Shown piece after piece: positions 28,541 to 39,421 of a stretch of 64,000 nucleotides of DNA (position 1 is the stretch's first letter; each line of letters opens with the position of its first letter). This DNA comes from a virus, in IMG/VR virus record IMGVR_UViG_3300028029_000006, positions 216,236 to 280,235 of that record. The stretch is one strand, 5' to 3'. A program made the position numbers and the translations under genes. The notes beneath the pieces are model-generated. The model worked only from the letters and a program-made list of their open reading frames with translations, was not told the DNA's origin and searched no databases.

Positions 28541-28613
28541 ACCTCGGTAGCATAAAGGATAATGTAGCTGACTTCTAATCAGTTAAATGAGGGTTCGAGT
28601 CCTTCCCGAGGTG
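28541..28613 (+). tRNA. tRNA-Arg(UCU), second copy
   Basis: ACCTCGG/CCGAGGT acceptor; GCTGA-CTTCTAA-TCAGT; T-arm GAGGG-TTCGAGT-CCTTC. Confidence 0.9.
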
Positions 28614-29387
28614 CTAGTTAATATGATTAAATTAAAAAAGGAATGTTTAAGTTTTTAGAAAGACTTAAAGATAAATCTAAACCAATCACTTATAAAAATG
28701 ATGAAGAATATTATTTATCAGATTACTTAATCAGTTGTAATTTAATTAAAGATCATTCTGGTTATTGTTTCTTAACACCAGAAGGTGAAGAATTTTTGAA
28801 AAAAGGATGTCATAAAGATATTATGGATATTGAAGCAAACTTAAAAGAGCAACTAGAAATTGCAGACCGTCTTAATAATGATGTGCATTTTAATGATGAC
28901 GGGAAACGTTTAGCAGAATTAGTTGAAGCAATGAATGAATGAATGGTTTTTAATTGGAGGATTCCGTCCTCAAGGATGGAAAAATGATCGATAAGTTTAT
29001 GAATGGTTCATTTACAATTATTATGATTGTAACGATTGAAGCTTTTATCTCCGTATGTTAGGAACGTTATGAATATTGGAACTGGTTTATGTTTGTTCTT
29101 TATTTTTCTTTTAAGTATATTCTGTATTGTATTGAAATATAAAATTGATATTCTTAGAATAGACATTAATTACGCAAATAAAAAAGCAAACAATGCTATG
29201 GATTCTTTATCTAAAAAAAGAGAAATAGATTTAGAATATATTAAATCTATTGATGATTTAAATCAACACAGATTTAATAAAGCCATACAATTTATTGAAG
29301 AAGAAGTTTTAGGTAGGCGAGACAAGAATAAAAATATTAACACTGATATTGAAACTGATATTAAAAAATTAAACTAAAAAAATAAAA

Positions 29388-29591
29388 ATGATTACATTAA
29401 CAGAAGAAAAAGCAAGTGACTTAATGTCAGGGCTAGGTAACCCTGGAGTATGTTTAAGTTGTGATATGATTGATGAGTATGCAGGGTGTGAACCTGATGC
29501 TTGCAATTATGAATGTCCAGAGTGTGGAGAGAATGAATTGTTTGGTCTTTCAGAAGCGATTATTATGGATAAGGTTGAGATTACTGGATGA
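29388..29591 (+). CDS. Small Zn-finger protein
   Basis: CLSC...EPDA..YECPECG. Confidence 0.75.
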   Translation: MITLTEEKASDLMSGLGNPGVCLSCDMIDEYAGCEPDACNYECPECGENELFGLSEAIIMDKVEITG

Positions 29592-30241
29592 CATATCAAC
29601 TACAAAGACTTCATAAATTAATCACAGCTTTAAATATTAGTGACTTGGATGTTAGTGAGGAAGTAATTCATATTACATCCATGGCTTATGTTCATAATAA
29701 AACTTTTATTATATTTAATAGAATTTTTAATAATAGATGGTTCCATTTTGATGTTACGTATATTATAGATAAAAAAATGTGGTCATGCTCTTATATGCAT
29801 GATCTTGATGTTACCCTAAAGTATGCTAAAGGTAAAAATCCCGAAGAGATGTTTCGTAATCTTACTACGATACTTAGTAAACATCAATATGTTGAAAATA
29901 AAACTTGGGATTCCTATCTTGACAAACAGCCAAATAGTATTACTAAAGAATGTAGCGAATGTGTTGAGCGAATGCTTCATTCAGTTCCTACTGCCCCATG
30001 GCCAGGAGCCCAATCAAGAGTTATTGATGGCAAAACAATGCTTCAAGTCTCTTGGAGTTATAAAGAGTTAAGTTTAGATATTACTTTCATGGAAGATGAA
30101 ACTATTGAATATGAATTTTGGAAAAAGATTGATGGCAAATTAGTTCTTGATGATAGTGAAGGTGAAGAAGATGGTGGAAACTTTAATAAATACATCGATG
30201 ATCTTGTTGGGCACTTGGCTTTTATTTACCCAAGAAGTTAA
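29588..30241 (+). CDS. Hypothetical protein
   Basis: 217-aa ORF. Confidence 0.8.
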   Translation: MTYQLQRLHKLITALNISDLDVSEEVIHITSMAYVHNKTFIIFNRIFNNRWFHFDVTYIIDKKMWSCSYMHDLDVTLKYAKGKNPEEMFRNLTTILSKHQYVENKTWDSYLDKQPNSITKECSECVERMLHSVPTAPWPGAQSRVIDGKTMLQVSWSYKELSLDITFMEDETIEYEFWKKIDGKLVLDDSEGEEDGGNFNKYIDDLVGHLAFIYPRS

Positions 30242-30252
30242 GGGTTATAAAG

Positions 30253-30873
30253 ATGAATGAAGAAATAACTGATGCAGTAGTTCTTGTTAAGTGTGACCTT
30301 GTGCCTTCTAAAAAATGTTTAGAACAAAACAAAGACATTATTGATAAAATCAAATCAAGAGTATTCGCTCGTGACTCTGGTTATAGTGATGAGTGGAGAG
30401 AAGCTGTTGGACATGTAGATCGCTTAGAGAGATTGGGAAAACAAAAAATCAATCTTGAAAATGCTTTAAAACAAAATAAAGTTGATTTAAAGAAATTAAA
30501 AAATAAAAAGGCTCAAACAAAAGAAGAAGTTCTTAAGTTATGTAGAGATAAACCTCGCGAAGTCTATAAATGTTATGAAGAGGACGATAAAAAATACTGC
30601 ATGGTAAATGGGAAATATCATAGCAAAAACGATCTGCCGGCAATTGAATATGCCAATGGAGAAAAGTATTGGTTCTGGTATGGTGAGCTGCATAGGGAAA
30701 ATGGTCCCGCCTGGATCAGTTCAAATGGAAATAAAAAATGGTATGCAAATGGGAAACTTCATAGATTAGATGGACCAGCATTTGAATTAGCCAATGGAAA
30801 AAAATATTGGTTTATCGAAGGCAAAAAGTATACTGAAGAAGAGTTTAAACAACAAATAACAAAAGGAGTTTAG
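30253..30873 (+). CDS. Coiled-coil N-terminus fused to beta-hairpin repeats
   Basis: C-terminal NDLPAIEYANGEKYW... repeats. Confidence 0.85.
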   Translation: MNEEITDAVVLVKCDLVPSKKCLEQNKDIIDKIKSRVFARDSGYSDEWREAVGHVDRLERLGKQKINLENALKQNKVDLKKLKNKKAQTKEEVLKLCRDKPREVYKCYEEDDKKYCMVNGKYHSKNDLPAIEYANGEKYWFWYGELHRENGPAWISSNGNKKWYANGKLHRLDGPAFELANGKKYWFIEGKKYTEEEFKQQITKGV

Positions 30874-31052
30874 TATGAAAAGTATTTTAGGTAGATTAGT
30901 TGGTTTGGTTTTAAGTTCGGTTAAGGCAAGAATGCAATTGGTTAAGAGCATTGGGAAGAGATTCTTTTGGATTGGGTTAACTGTTGGGCTGGCTGCTGGA
31001 TTGCCTATTGGATTCTTACTGTCATGGCTTGTAGGTTTGGTAATGTAGAGTA

Positions 31053-31376
31053 ATGAATAATGATATGGAATCAACACTTACCATAGATAAATACGGTGAT
31101 AAAAGCTGGGTATTACTAAATGGAAATCTTCATAGAGATAATGGCCCAGCTTTTGAGTCTGTAGATGGTGATAAGTGTTGGTATGTTAATGGTTTACGTC
31201 ATAGAATAGATGGCCCAGCTTATGAAGATTGTGATGGGACTAAACTTTGGTACTTTGAAGGTGTTCAGTATTCTGAAAAAGAGTTTAATGAAAAAATGAA
31301 TCCTGAACAAGAATCTTGTAATGGTAAGATGGTTGAAGTTAATGGTAAGAAATATAAATTAGTTGAATTAGAATAA
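31053..31376 (+). CDS. Beta-hairpin repeat protein with shared tail
   Basis: 3' end near-identical to that of 39033. Confidence 0.88.
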   Translation: MNNDMESTLTIDKYGDKSWVLLNGNLHRDNGPAFESVDGDKCWYVNGLRHRIDGPAYEDCDGTKLWYFEGVQYSEKEFNEKMNPEQESCNGKMVEVNGKKYKLVELE

Positions 31377-31381
31377 TTATT

Positions 31382-31849
31382 ATGATTGAGTATAAAGTAG
31401 AAGTTGATGATAACAATGCTATTTGGCGTTTAGATGGTAAATTGCATAGAGAAGGAGATTTGCCAGCAATTGAATATGAAAATGGAGATAATATTTGGTA
31501 TGTAAATGGGAAACTTCATAGAGAAAATGATAAGCCTGCTATTGAGTCTACAAATGGTTATAAACAATGGTATGTAAATGGGAAACATCATAGAACAAAT
31601 GGTGCAGCTATTGAATGGTCAGATGGATCCAAAGAATGGTATCTTGAAGGTGTGAACTATTCTGAAGAAGAATTTAATGAAGAAATTATTAGACTAGGCA
31701 TTGCTATTACAGTTAAAATATCAACTGAAATCAAAAGCAAAACCAATAACGAACACAAAAGTTTTTATCAATTAAGACTTAAAGAAAGCTTAGAAAAATC
31801 TAAGCAAGAAGAAAACAATCGTCCTTCAGGTCCTTACGAATTTCTTTGA
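31382..31849 (+). CDS. Beta-hairpin repeat protein with unique tail
   Basis: Body near-identical to that of 39033. Confidence 0.88.
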   Translation: MIEYKVEVDDNNAIWRLDGKLHREGDLPAIEYENGDNIWYVNGKLHRENDKPAIESTNGYKQWYVNGKHHRTNGAAIEWSDGSKEWYLEGVNYSEEEFNEEIIRLGIAITVKISTEIKSKTNNEHKSFYQLRLKESLEKSKQEENNRPSGPYEFL

Positions 31850-31861
31850 AGGAAAATTAAA

Positions 31862-32308
31862 ATGAAAAACAATATTATACAATTAAATTGGGATTTAATT
31901 TCTAATAAAATTGATGTATCATGTGAAGTAGATGATATTGAGGAGTCATATTATGATGATAACATCTTTATTGCAGATGATGAAGAGTGGATGGTATTAA
32001 CTAATTCAGAAGCGAACGAAAAAGCTAGTGAAGTAATTAAAGACTTGGTTTGGTCATTCAATTCTTCATTCTTAAGTCAAGAGACTTGTATTGATGAGGA
32101 AGTGTTTAAAGCTATTCAAAGCAATAATAATTGCGAAGATAATAATCTCGCAATGCTAAGCATTATTAAAGCTACTTGTGGTTTAGATGAATTTATTGAG
32201 TCAGCAATATCTTCTGATGGGCGAGGTCATAGTCTTTCTAATTATGATGGTCAAGAGATTGAGGTTGAAATTAATAGTAAATATTATTATTTCTACCGAG
32301 TAAATTAA
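31862..32308 (+). CDS. Hypothetical acidic protein
   Basis: DGRGHSLSNYDG motif; 148 aa. Confidence 0.8.
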   Translation: MKNNIIQLNWDLISNKIDVSCEVDDIEESYYDDNIFIADDEEWMVLTNSEANEKASEVIKDLVWSFNSSFLSQETCIDEEVFKAIQSNNNCEDNNLAMLSIIKATCGLDEFIESAISSDGRGHSLSNYDGQEIEVEINSKYYYFYRVN

Positions 32309-32309
32309 T

Positions 32310-32666
32310 ATGATCCCACTATGTAAAAAATGTTCAAGACCAACCAAGCTGTTATTCATTTCATCAGTTTGTGATTGGTGTGATGGTGTTACTTATGATA
32401 AATGTATATACAAAGGTTATGTTGTATGGAGACCATTAAGAGCAACACGAATCAATTATGTTTTCAAAACAATTGAAGACGCTACTAAATGGAGGCTAGC
32501 AAATCAATTAGTGTCATTTGATATTGTTGAGGTTTCATCTGAAAATGAATTCATTTGGCGTGAGACATCTGGTAATTTAAAAGGAGTTAATTTAGCTGAT
32601 CGTCAGTACGAAATTTTCCCTGACCATAATTTTCATTATAGTGAAACTGCAGCATGGTTATCATAA
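32310..32666 (+). CDS. Zn-ribbon hypothetical protein
   Basis: CKKC...LFISSVCDWCD. Confidence 0.75.
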   Translation: MIPLCKKCSRPTKLLFISSVCDWCDGVTYDKCIYKGYVVWRPLRATRINYVFKTIEDATKWRLANQLVSFDIVEVSSENEFIWRETSGNLKGVNLADRQYEIFPDHNFHYSETAAWLS

Positions 32667-32678
32667 AGGTTATATATT

Positions 32679-33062
32679 ATGTTTCTTATTAGTGTTATTA
32701 TTGTTGCCGTTTTGGTTAATGTAACCGTTTCCTTAATCTATCTCTTAAAAAAAGACAGGCGTTCTTTTATTATAGGCAGCCAAGCTTATGGTAGTAATTA
32801 CAGAACGGCAGCAAGTGATACTGACATTATTCTTTTCGTAAGTGAAGAGACTGGCGCCCATTTAAGAGAGCTTCATGGTGGAAAGAAAAGAATTAAATCT
32901 GGTAATATAGATTTAATTATTGTCACAGATAAAAAAGAATTTGATGGTTGGCACGATACAACAAATAAACTAATTAACAAATCAAAAATTAAAGAAGTAA
33001 GCAGAGAGGAAGCTAAAACTGCTTATCAAAAAAACAGAGGCGTAAGGAATGGTTATTTATAA
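32679..33062 (+). CDS. Minimal nucleotidyltransferase (Pol-beta superfamily) with N-terminal TM helix
   Basis: IIGSQAYG...SDTDIILF and a later IDLI. Confidence 0.7.
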   Translation: MFLISVIIVAVLVNVTVSLIYLLKKDRRSFIIGSQAYGSNYRTAASDTDIILFVSEETGAHLRELHGGKKRIKSGNIDLIIVTDKKEFDGWHDTTNKLINKSKIKEVSREEAKTAYQKNRGVRNGYL

Positions 33063-33390
33063 TGGGATATAATACAAATTAAGTATGGGTTGTGGTGACG
33101 ATGACGATGATGAAATTAAAATTAAAAATCAACTTGATAAAGATAATAAGTGTTTTTTGGGAAGCTGCGTGTTAGCTTTATTATTAAGATCGGACGAATG
33201 GTACAATGGCAAATGGGATAATAAAGAAAAAGATATGAAAAAATTATCTGAAAAATTCCCAACAGTTTTATTTGAACTAGAATGTCATGGAGAAAAAAAC
33301 GTTTGGTTAGTTTATTATAAAGGTACCGAAGAATTGCACACTTTATATGTAAGCTGACCAGAGTTTGACGAATTTAAATTGGAATAAATA

Positions 33391-34203
33391 ATGAATAAAT
33401 ATATTAACTTAACACTATTCGCTTGTTTGGCTGCTAGTTGCGCTGCAGCTCCAAGTAATTATATTGATGATGACGATGGAAAATCTTTCAATAACACAAT
33501 TTCATCTGGTGGTAACACCTCCAAAGGAGGAAACGATAGCTCAACAACCTCAACCACTTCAAGTGGAGGTGAATCTAATTGCGATTGTCAACTAGATAAT
33601 GCGTTCACATCTTGTCTTAATGAATATTGTGTTATTGATAAATGTGTTACAGGTTTTACAGATTGTAATGGAGAATTATCTGATGGTTGTGAAACATCAG
33701 CCGGCTCGGATGTTATGAATTGCGGCTCTTGTAATAATCAATGCGCTTCTGATGGAGCTGAAGTATCTTGCAATGGTGGGTTCTGCTCTTGCAGTTTAGC
33801 TCAAGATAACACTTGCCTTTGCGACTTTAGTAAAGGAGATTGTGATTCAAGTAGAGGCAATGGTTGCGAATCTGATTTTACTTCCGATGAAACATGTGGA
33901 GATTGTGACACAACCTGTGTTGGTAGTTCATATTGTTTGAATGGATCTAAATGCAAATGTGATTCTCTACCTTCTTCTCTAAATGATATTTGCACATCAT
34001 GTTTGGGAGAAAGATGTTGTGATGAAATGGATTCGTGTATGAATGATTCTGAATGTGTTAGTCACTATAATATTTGGGTTAGTTGTAGATTGAATAATCC
34101 TAACACTCCTGGTAATTGCGCTTTTGGTACTGGTTTTACTAATTCTAATTGGGTAAACCTTAGAAATTGCAAAACAAATTCCAATTGTTTTACATGTTAT
34201 TAA
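33391..34203 (+). CDS. Cys-rich lipoprotein of myxobacterial style
   Basis: LAAS-C lipobox, S/G/T linker, repeated DCxxxxxxGCE...xCGxCxxxC units. Confidence 0.85.
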   Translation: MNKYINLTLFACLAASCAAAPSNYIDDDDGKSFNNTISSGGNTSKGGNDSSTTSTTSSGGESNCDCQLDNAFTSCLNEYCVIDKCVTGFTDCNGELSDGCETSAGSDVMNCGSCNNQCASDGAEVSCNGGFCSCSLAQDNTCLCDFSKGDCDSSRGNGCESDFTSDETCGDCDTTCVGSSYCLNGSKCKCDSLPSSLNDICTSCLGERCCDEMDSCMNDSECVSHYNIWVSCRLNNPNTPGNCAFGTGFTNSNWVNLRNCKTNSNCFTCY

Positions 34204-34427
34204 AATGAATTTTGAACATTTAAAAGAGAATGAACTAACAAGACCTATTCCTACAGATGGCCCAAAGAAACCACCAAAAGAAAATAGGCATCAAAAATTA
34301 TTGGATATGTTTTTCTTTGGTATTGCTACATGTTTGTGATTCTAGTTATCTTAACTGGAATAGTATCACTACTATCTTTAGTTTTTAGATAAAACAACTT
34401 GGCATCTACGCATATAGATGCTATCTT

Positions 34428-34498
34428 GTATCAATAGATTAATGGTAAATCAATTCATTCTAAACGAATTATTGCAAGTTCGATTCTTGCTTGATACA
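34428..34498 (+). tRNA. tRNA with CUA anticodon (amber-suppressor-type)
   Basis: GTATCAA/TTGATAC acceptor; GATT/AATC D-stem; ATTCA-TTCTAAA-CGAAT (one A-C mismatch); T-arm GCAAG-TTCGATT-CTTGC. CTA at 34460-34462. Confidence 0.75.
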
Positions 34499-35584
34499 CA
34501 ACGGAGAATAAAATGGCTAAAAGAAAAAAGAAACGTAAAAAGAGAATCAAAGTAAGGAATTCTTTTTTTAGTGTAATGATGAGACGTTATCCTAGAAAAC
34601 AGATAATGAAAAATAGAAACAAGAAACGTTCTGATAATAAAAAGAATCATTGGATGAAAGATTGGGAATGATTTATAGAACACAATATAAACCCGCAGTT
34701 AATAAAAACAAATCTTTAAAAGTAAAGCTTCATAAGTTATGGTGCCACAAATTAAATATTGGTAAATGGCGTGGTGAAGTTGAAGGTTGGATTGATGAAG
34801 GTATTGTAATGGCTGGTTATCGATGTCATAAATGTGATGAGCTTGAAGGTATTCATGAAGCTCATAGAAGATGGCCAAGACCTGGCAGTTTAGGCTCTTG
34901 GTATTCTAAGTGTGTTAGTACTAATTGGGGAAGGAGTTTAGGAATTGACTAATTATTTAATTTTTATATGGAGTACTTTTTGTGGTATAGGTTTATTTGG
35001 TGCAATCTATATTGCTTATGAAGCTACTACATATTAATACAAATGTAGTATATGAAGGTTGTTTAATTAGCCATGGGATAGGAGATCATAGCGATGGTGC
35101 ATGTGATGCTTTGTGTTATGGAACTGCTAATTACAGTGGAATCATTTGTAAGTGTAAAAAACAGATGAGCGGCAATTGTACAGAAGAAATGTTGAATGAA
35201 AGTAAAAAGTAAATGGAACGTAACTGTACTGAAATTAGATCTGTAGCAGGTGAAAGTAAATATGCAGAATTCGATCCAGAGTTTGGATTCTGGGGTGTGT
35301 TCGGTGAGGACTCGGGGTTCTGTTTTGGTCAGTTTAACACAGAAGAAGAAGCAGAAGCTCATTGCTAGCAATTAAAAAGAAAGAAAATAATTATACGTGG
35401 ATTAAAAAGTGAAGACCTTGTTGGGAAAACTATTAAAAAAATTAATGTTGACTGCGTCAATGTTGTTACGTTAACATTTGAAGACGATTCCAAATTGGAA
35501 GTTTACGCAGAAGTAACTCGTTTACCTAATTGTGTTGGGGAATTTGGAATCATTGTAACACCTGAATAATAAGAAAGATAAAAT

Positions 35585-36205
35585 ATGATTGAATATAATG
35601 TTGACTCGAAACTAATCTCAACTAGAGATGCAGACACTTTAACTTGCTTATTGACTCTCCCAAGAGTTATTACAGTTAATAAGTTTGATGAAGACTCAGC
35701 CAGAGATTTTCGTAATGATTTTGCTGAGGCTCTTAACACGAAACAAGATGTTGTACCAATCGTAATTGATTCTTATGGAGAACAAGTTCATTCTCTTTTC
35801 AGTATGATTGATACAATTAATACATCACCAGTTCCTGTTGCGACAATTGTAACTGGAAAAGCGATGAGTTGTGGGGCTGTGTTAATGACTTGTGGAACTG
35901 ATGGTATGCGTTTTGTTAGTAAACATTCTACTGTAATGATTCATGATGTTTCTGCCGGAACTTGGGGTAAAGTGGAAGATATGAAGCTTTCAGTTAAAGA
36001 GTTTGCTCGTCTTGGTAAGTTGTTGATTGGAATGATCGAGAAGAATATTGGTAAGTCTCCAGGTTATATTAATGATATTTTGGAGAAGAAAAATAGAGGA
36101 GACTGGTATCTAACTCCAAAGCAATGTGTAAAACATAACTTGGCCAACAAAGTTGGGATGCCTAAGTTGACAGTTTCGATTAAGACTGAGATGTCTTTTG
36201 TTTAA
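35585..36205 (+). CDS. clpP: ClpP-family protease subunit
   Basis: IDSYG, GKAMSCG (Ser), VMIHD (His) and DWYL (Asp). Confidence 0.88.
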   Translation: MIEYNVDSKLISTRDADTLTCLLTLPRVITVNKFDEDSARDFRNDFAEALNTKQDVVPIVIDSYGEQVHSLFSMIDTINTSPVPVATIVTGKAMSCGAVLMTCGTDGMRFVSKHSTVMIHDVSAGTWGKVEDMKLSVKEFARLGKLLIGMIEKNIGKSPGYINDILEKKNRGDWYLTPKQCVKHNLANKVGMPKLTVSIKTEMSFV

Positions 36206-36216
36206 TAAAGAGTAAT

Positions 36217-36897
36217 ATGGCACATTTAATTATTGACGAAGAAGAGTTTTTATCTATTGAGAATGAATTAGTAAATTGTTTATCAGTTGGCTCTACTATC
36301 ATAGTACAAAATAATCAAGATTATCTTAGGAAGTTTTTGGTTGATGACTCTATCACCGAACCTGGAAATAATTGCCTGAATCTTATTATAGATTTTGTGG
36401 AAGAAAAGAAACCGTTTTCAAAAAAAGACAAAGAAAAATTTGACAAATCTCTTACTACAGATAATGTTATTGATTTTTTCTTACATCATAATAATAAAGA
36501 CCGCACTCCAATGAGAGAATATATATCTTACAGTGATTTTTTAGATAAAAATTTCTCCAACATTATGAACAATGGTTTTCATACCTTAAAAGATGATACT
36601 ACGGTTGGAGGTTTCTTTTTAAAAATCAAAAAAACTGATGATTTATCTTTAGTTAAAAAAGAGATTGAATTAATCTTATCTAAAATTAAAGGTATGAATT
36701 TAAAAATTAATGAATATGATTTTTCTATTTTAGAGGAATCATGTGGACAATATGGTTGTTATAGTTTAAAAACATTGTTTAATAATCAATTTAGAATTGA
36801 GATTATGTGTCATGGTCAAGCATCAGATATTACCAATTGGGACACACTTGATAATTCTTTAATGTTTATTCAAAACAATTTTTATTACTGCTATTAA
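36217..36897 (+). CDS. Hypothetical protein
   Basis: 226-aa ORF. Confidence 0.8.
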   Translation: MAHLIIDEEEFLSIENELVNCLSVGSTIIVQNNQDYLRKFLVDDSITEPGNNCLNLIIDFVEEKKPFSKKDKEKFDKSLTTDNVIDFFLHHNNKDRTPMREYISYSDFLDKNFSNIMNNGFHTLKDDTTVGGFFLKIKKTDDLSLVKKEIELILSKIKGMNLKINEYDFSILEESCGQYGCYSLKTLFNNQFRIEIMCHGQASDITNWDTLDNSLMFIQNNFYYCY

Positions 36898-37049
36898 TAA
36901 AATGAAAGATAAAATCTCAATTCATATTGAAGAAGCCAAAAAGGCTATGATTGAATATGAAAAATGTATCGCTAAGATTTACTTGTTAGACAAGCAAAAA
37001 GCTTTTAAAACAATCAAAAATGATGTTGATGCTTTAAAGGATATGTGTA

Positions 37050-37565
37050 ATGAGTAAGCCTTTTGATTGCTGTAATGATGAAATGGTTATTACAGATCCA
37101 GAAACTGAAAGAAGAAGAGAACTCATTCGTAATTATGATTTTTTAGAGGATGAAAATATGGACTCATACAGAAACAAACCTTTGAATTTAGATACGGTTG
37201 ATGACAAGTTAGATATTATTCTAGACGAATTAAAAAGGGTAGAACCTAAAAAATCTAGTCCAATTTTTTATGCAATTGGATCTAAAATAACAGATTTTGA
37301 TCTGATAAATTTTGCATTTACTATATTTGTAATAGTATGTATTTCAGCAGCCATGTTTGGAATTGGGTATAGTGTTTATAAATACTCATTGTCTAGTAAT
37401 GAAATAACATCTTGTAAATTTGACGTTAACACTTCCGATCCTAAAAAAACCACTATCTATGCTTATAGTGAGTGGCATCCAATCTCAAATTGGGGTCCTT
37501 TTAATAGTTTGGATGAGGCTATAACTTATGCTAAGTTAAATGGTTGTCCAAATATGGAAGAGTAA
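37050..37565 (+). CDS. Single-pass membrane protein
   Basis: Central hydrophobic helix. Confidence 0.75.
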   Translation: MSKPFDCCNDEMVITDPETERRRELIRNYDFLEDENMDSYRNKPLNLDTVDDKLDIILDELKRVEPKKSSPIFYAIGSKITDFDLINFAFTIFVIVCISAAMFGIGYSVYKYSLSSNEITSCKFDVNTSDPKKTTIYAYSEWHPISNWGPFNSLDEAITYAKLNGCPNMEE

Positions 37566-37571
37566 ACAATT

Positions 37572-38009
37572 ATGCCTCTACTAATAAACACTATTATTTT
37601 TTGCATTGTTTTTATTTTAACCTATCGTCTTTATAGAGCGGAGTCTCAAATCAAACAGATGAAAAACATAGTAAAACTTTTGGGGCCTTTTGTAAAGTTT
37701 AAGGTGACTCCTAAGAATGCAGTCTATCTTTTGATTAACAACAGAGTGGTTGAGGTGGATGGTGAATACATTCAAGTTATAGATATACCATCTGAAATAA
37801 AGAAAAAAGGATTGTTTAGAACACCTTACATGAATAAAAATTGTGATGACGGAAGCCCTTTCATTTCAATTATTAGTACAGGTTTTTATTTTACTGAATC
37901 TATTTCAGATTATTATGATTCACGAATCATTTGGGGAGACTTACTAAGTATGGAAGAGGCATGTAACGAGCCTGATGGTTTTAAGAAAAACAGTTGGTTT
38001 AATAAGTAA
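37572..38009 (+). CDS. N-terminally anchored hypothetical protein
   Basis: Hydrophobic N-terminus. Confidence 0.7.
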   Translation: MPLLINTIIFCIVFILTYRLYRAESQIKQMKNIVKLLGPFVKFKVTPKNAVYLLINNRVVEVDGEYIQVIDIPSEIKKKGLFRTPYMNKNCDDGSPFISIISTGFYFTESISDYYDSRIIWGDLLSMEEACNEPDGFKKNSWFNK

Positions 38010-38022
38010 TTTGGATAACAAA

Positions 38023-38475
38023 ATGAATAGACAACAAGTATATAATAAAGCACGTTATTGCCTACTTAAACAAGGCAAACGTGCTGAGCGAAATGGTTTA
38101 CCTACTCTTTTATCAAAAAGTAGAAGAAGATGTTCATTAGGTTGGCAATTTTCTCTGGAAACGCTTAAGAAGTTTGAAGTAAATTTTCCTGAAATTTTAA
38201 CAAGATTAAAACAACATGAGAATGATTTCTCACAACTATCTAATACTGCATGAAACGCATTATTTGGATATGATGCTCCAGAAAAACATTTACAAACCAA
38301 CAAAGATAACATGGAGTTCATTACTAATTTAAAAAATATTCATGATATCCCAGTTGAACCAGCAATAGGTCAAGATAGTGCTGATGATACAGCTACTCCA
38401 TCAGTTACTATTAGAGTTTGGCGTATTAGATTTAATGAGTTTGCTAACAGGTGGAGTTTAAAACAAAATGAATAA
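38023..38475 (+). pseudogene. Paralog of 13641 with in-frame TGA at 38251
   Basis: The frame continues past TGA with LKNIHD...W...A, matching the 13641 C-terminus. Confidence 0.65.
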
Positions 38476-38745
38476 AAATTCAACAACGTTTCTTAGTGAT
38501 AATAATGTTTGGATATCATTGAATATAGATATGACTTCCGCGATTGAACGAGCTATAATGGAAATGTCCTTCTTGCAACAGTAAAAATAAAACATATTAT
38601 ATTGAATATGATTTCCAATGGATGAGATATGGAGATCCAACAAAAGGGTTTACTTTATATTGTAAAAAATGTGAAAGGGAAACTTCAGTAATCATTACAT
38701 TTGATGTTACATTAAAAATTGATGTAGTGTAAAAGGAAATCAGAA

Positions 38746-39036
38746 ATGAAAATTTGGTTGGATGATGTTAGAGAAGAACCAGAAGGTTGGGTTAGATGTT
38801 ACTGGCCTGAAGAGGTAATTGCTTTATTGAAAACCAATGAGGTAGAGATTATCAGTTTGGATCATGATTTAGGAGATGATGATCATGGTACTGGCTATGA
38901 TGTTCTTCTTTGGATTGAGAAGCAAGTGGTATTAAATAATTTTAATTATCCTGAAATGATAATTCATTCTGCGAATATTTCTGCTAGACATAAAATGAAT
39001 CTGGCAATATTCTTTATTGAAACGAGAAAAATATGA
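38746..39036 (+). CDS. Cyclic-phosphate-processing receiver-domain protein
   Basis: KIWLDDVR...ISLDHDLG...TGYDV...IHSAN. Confidence 0.82.
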   Translation: MKIWLDDVREEPEGWVRCYWPEEVIALLKTNEVEIISLDHDLGDDDHGTGYDVLLWIEKQVVLNNFNYPEMIIHSANISARHKMNLAIFFIETRKI

Positions 39037-39416
39037 TTGAATATACAGTAAAAGTTGATGATAACAATGCTATTTGGCGTTTAGATGGTAAATTGCATAG
39101 AGAAGGAGATTTGCCAGCAATTGAATATGAAAATGGAGATAAATGCTGGTATGTAAATGGGAAACTTCATAGAGAAAATGATAAGCCTGCTATTGAGTCT
39201 ACAAATGGTTATAAACAATGGTATGTAAATGGGAAACATCATAGAACAAATGGTGCAGCTATTGAATGGTCAGATGGATCCAAAGAATGGTATCTTGAAG
39301 GTGTTCAGTATTCTGAAAAAGAGTTTAATGAAAAAATGAATCCTGAACAAGAATCTTGTAATGGTAAGATGGTTGAAGTTAATGGTAAGAAATATAAATT
39401 AATTGAATTAGAATAA
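39033..39416 (+). CDS. Beta-hairpin repeat protein (mosaic)
   Basis: Chimera of 53024-, 31382- and 31053-like segments. Confidence 0.9.
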   Translation: MIEYTVKVDDNNAIWRLDGKLHREGDLPAIEYENGDKCWYVNGKLHRENDKPAIESTNGYKQWYVNGKHHRTNGAAIEWSDGSKEWYLEGVQYSEKEFNEKMNPEQESCNGKMVEVNGKKYKLIELE

Positions 39417-39421
39417 TTATT

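Noticed and set aside
31382-39416. Near-identical gene pair as DGR template and variable repeats
   Set aside because: No reverse transcriptase in the window; differences are block swaps, not adenine-specific.
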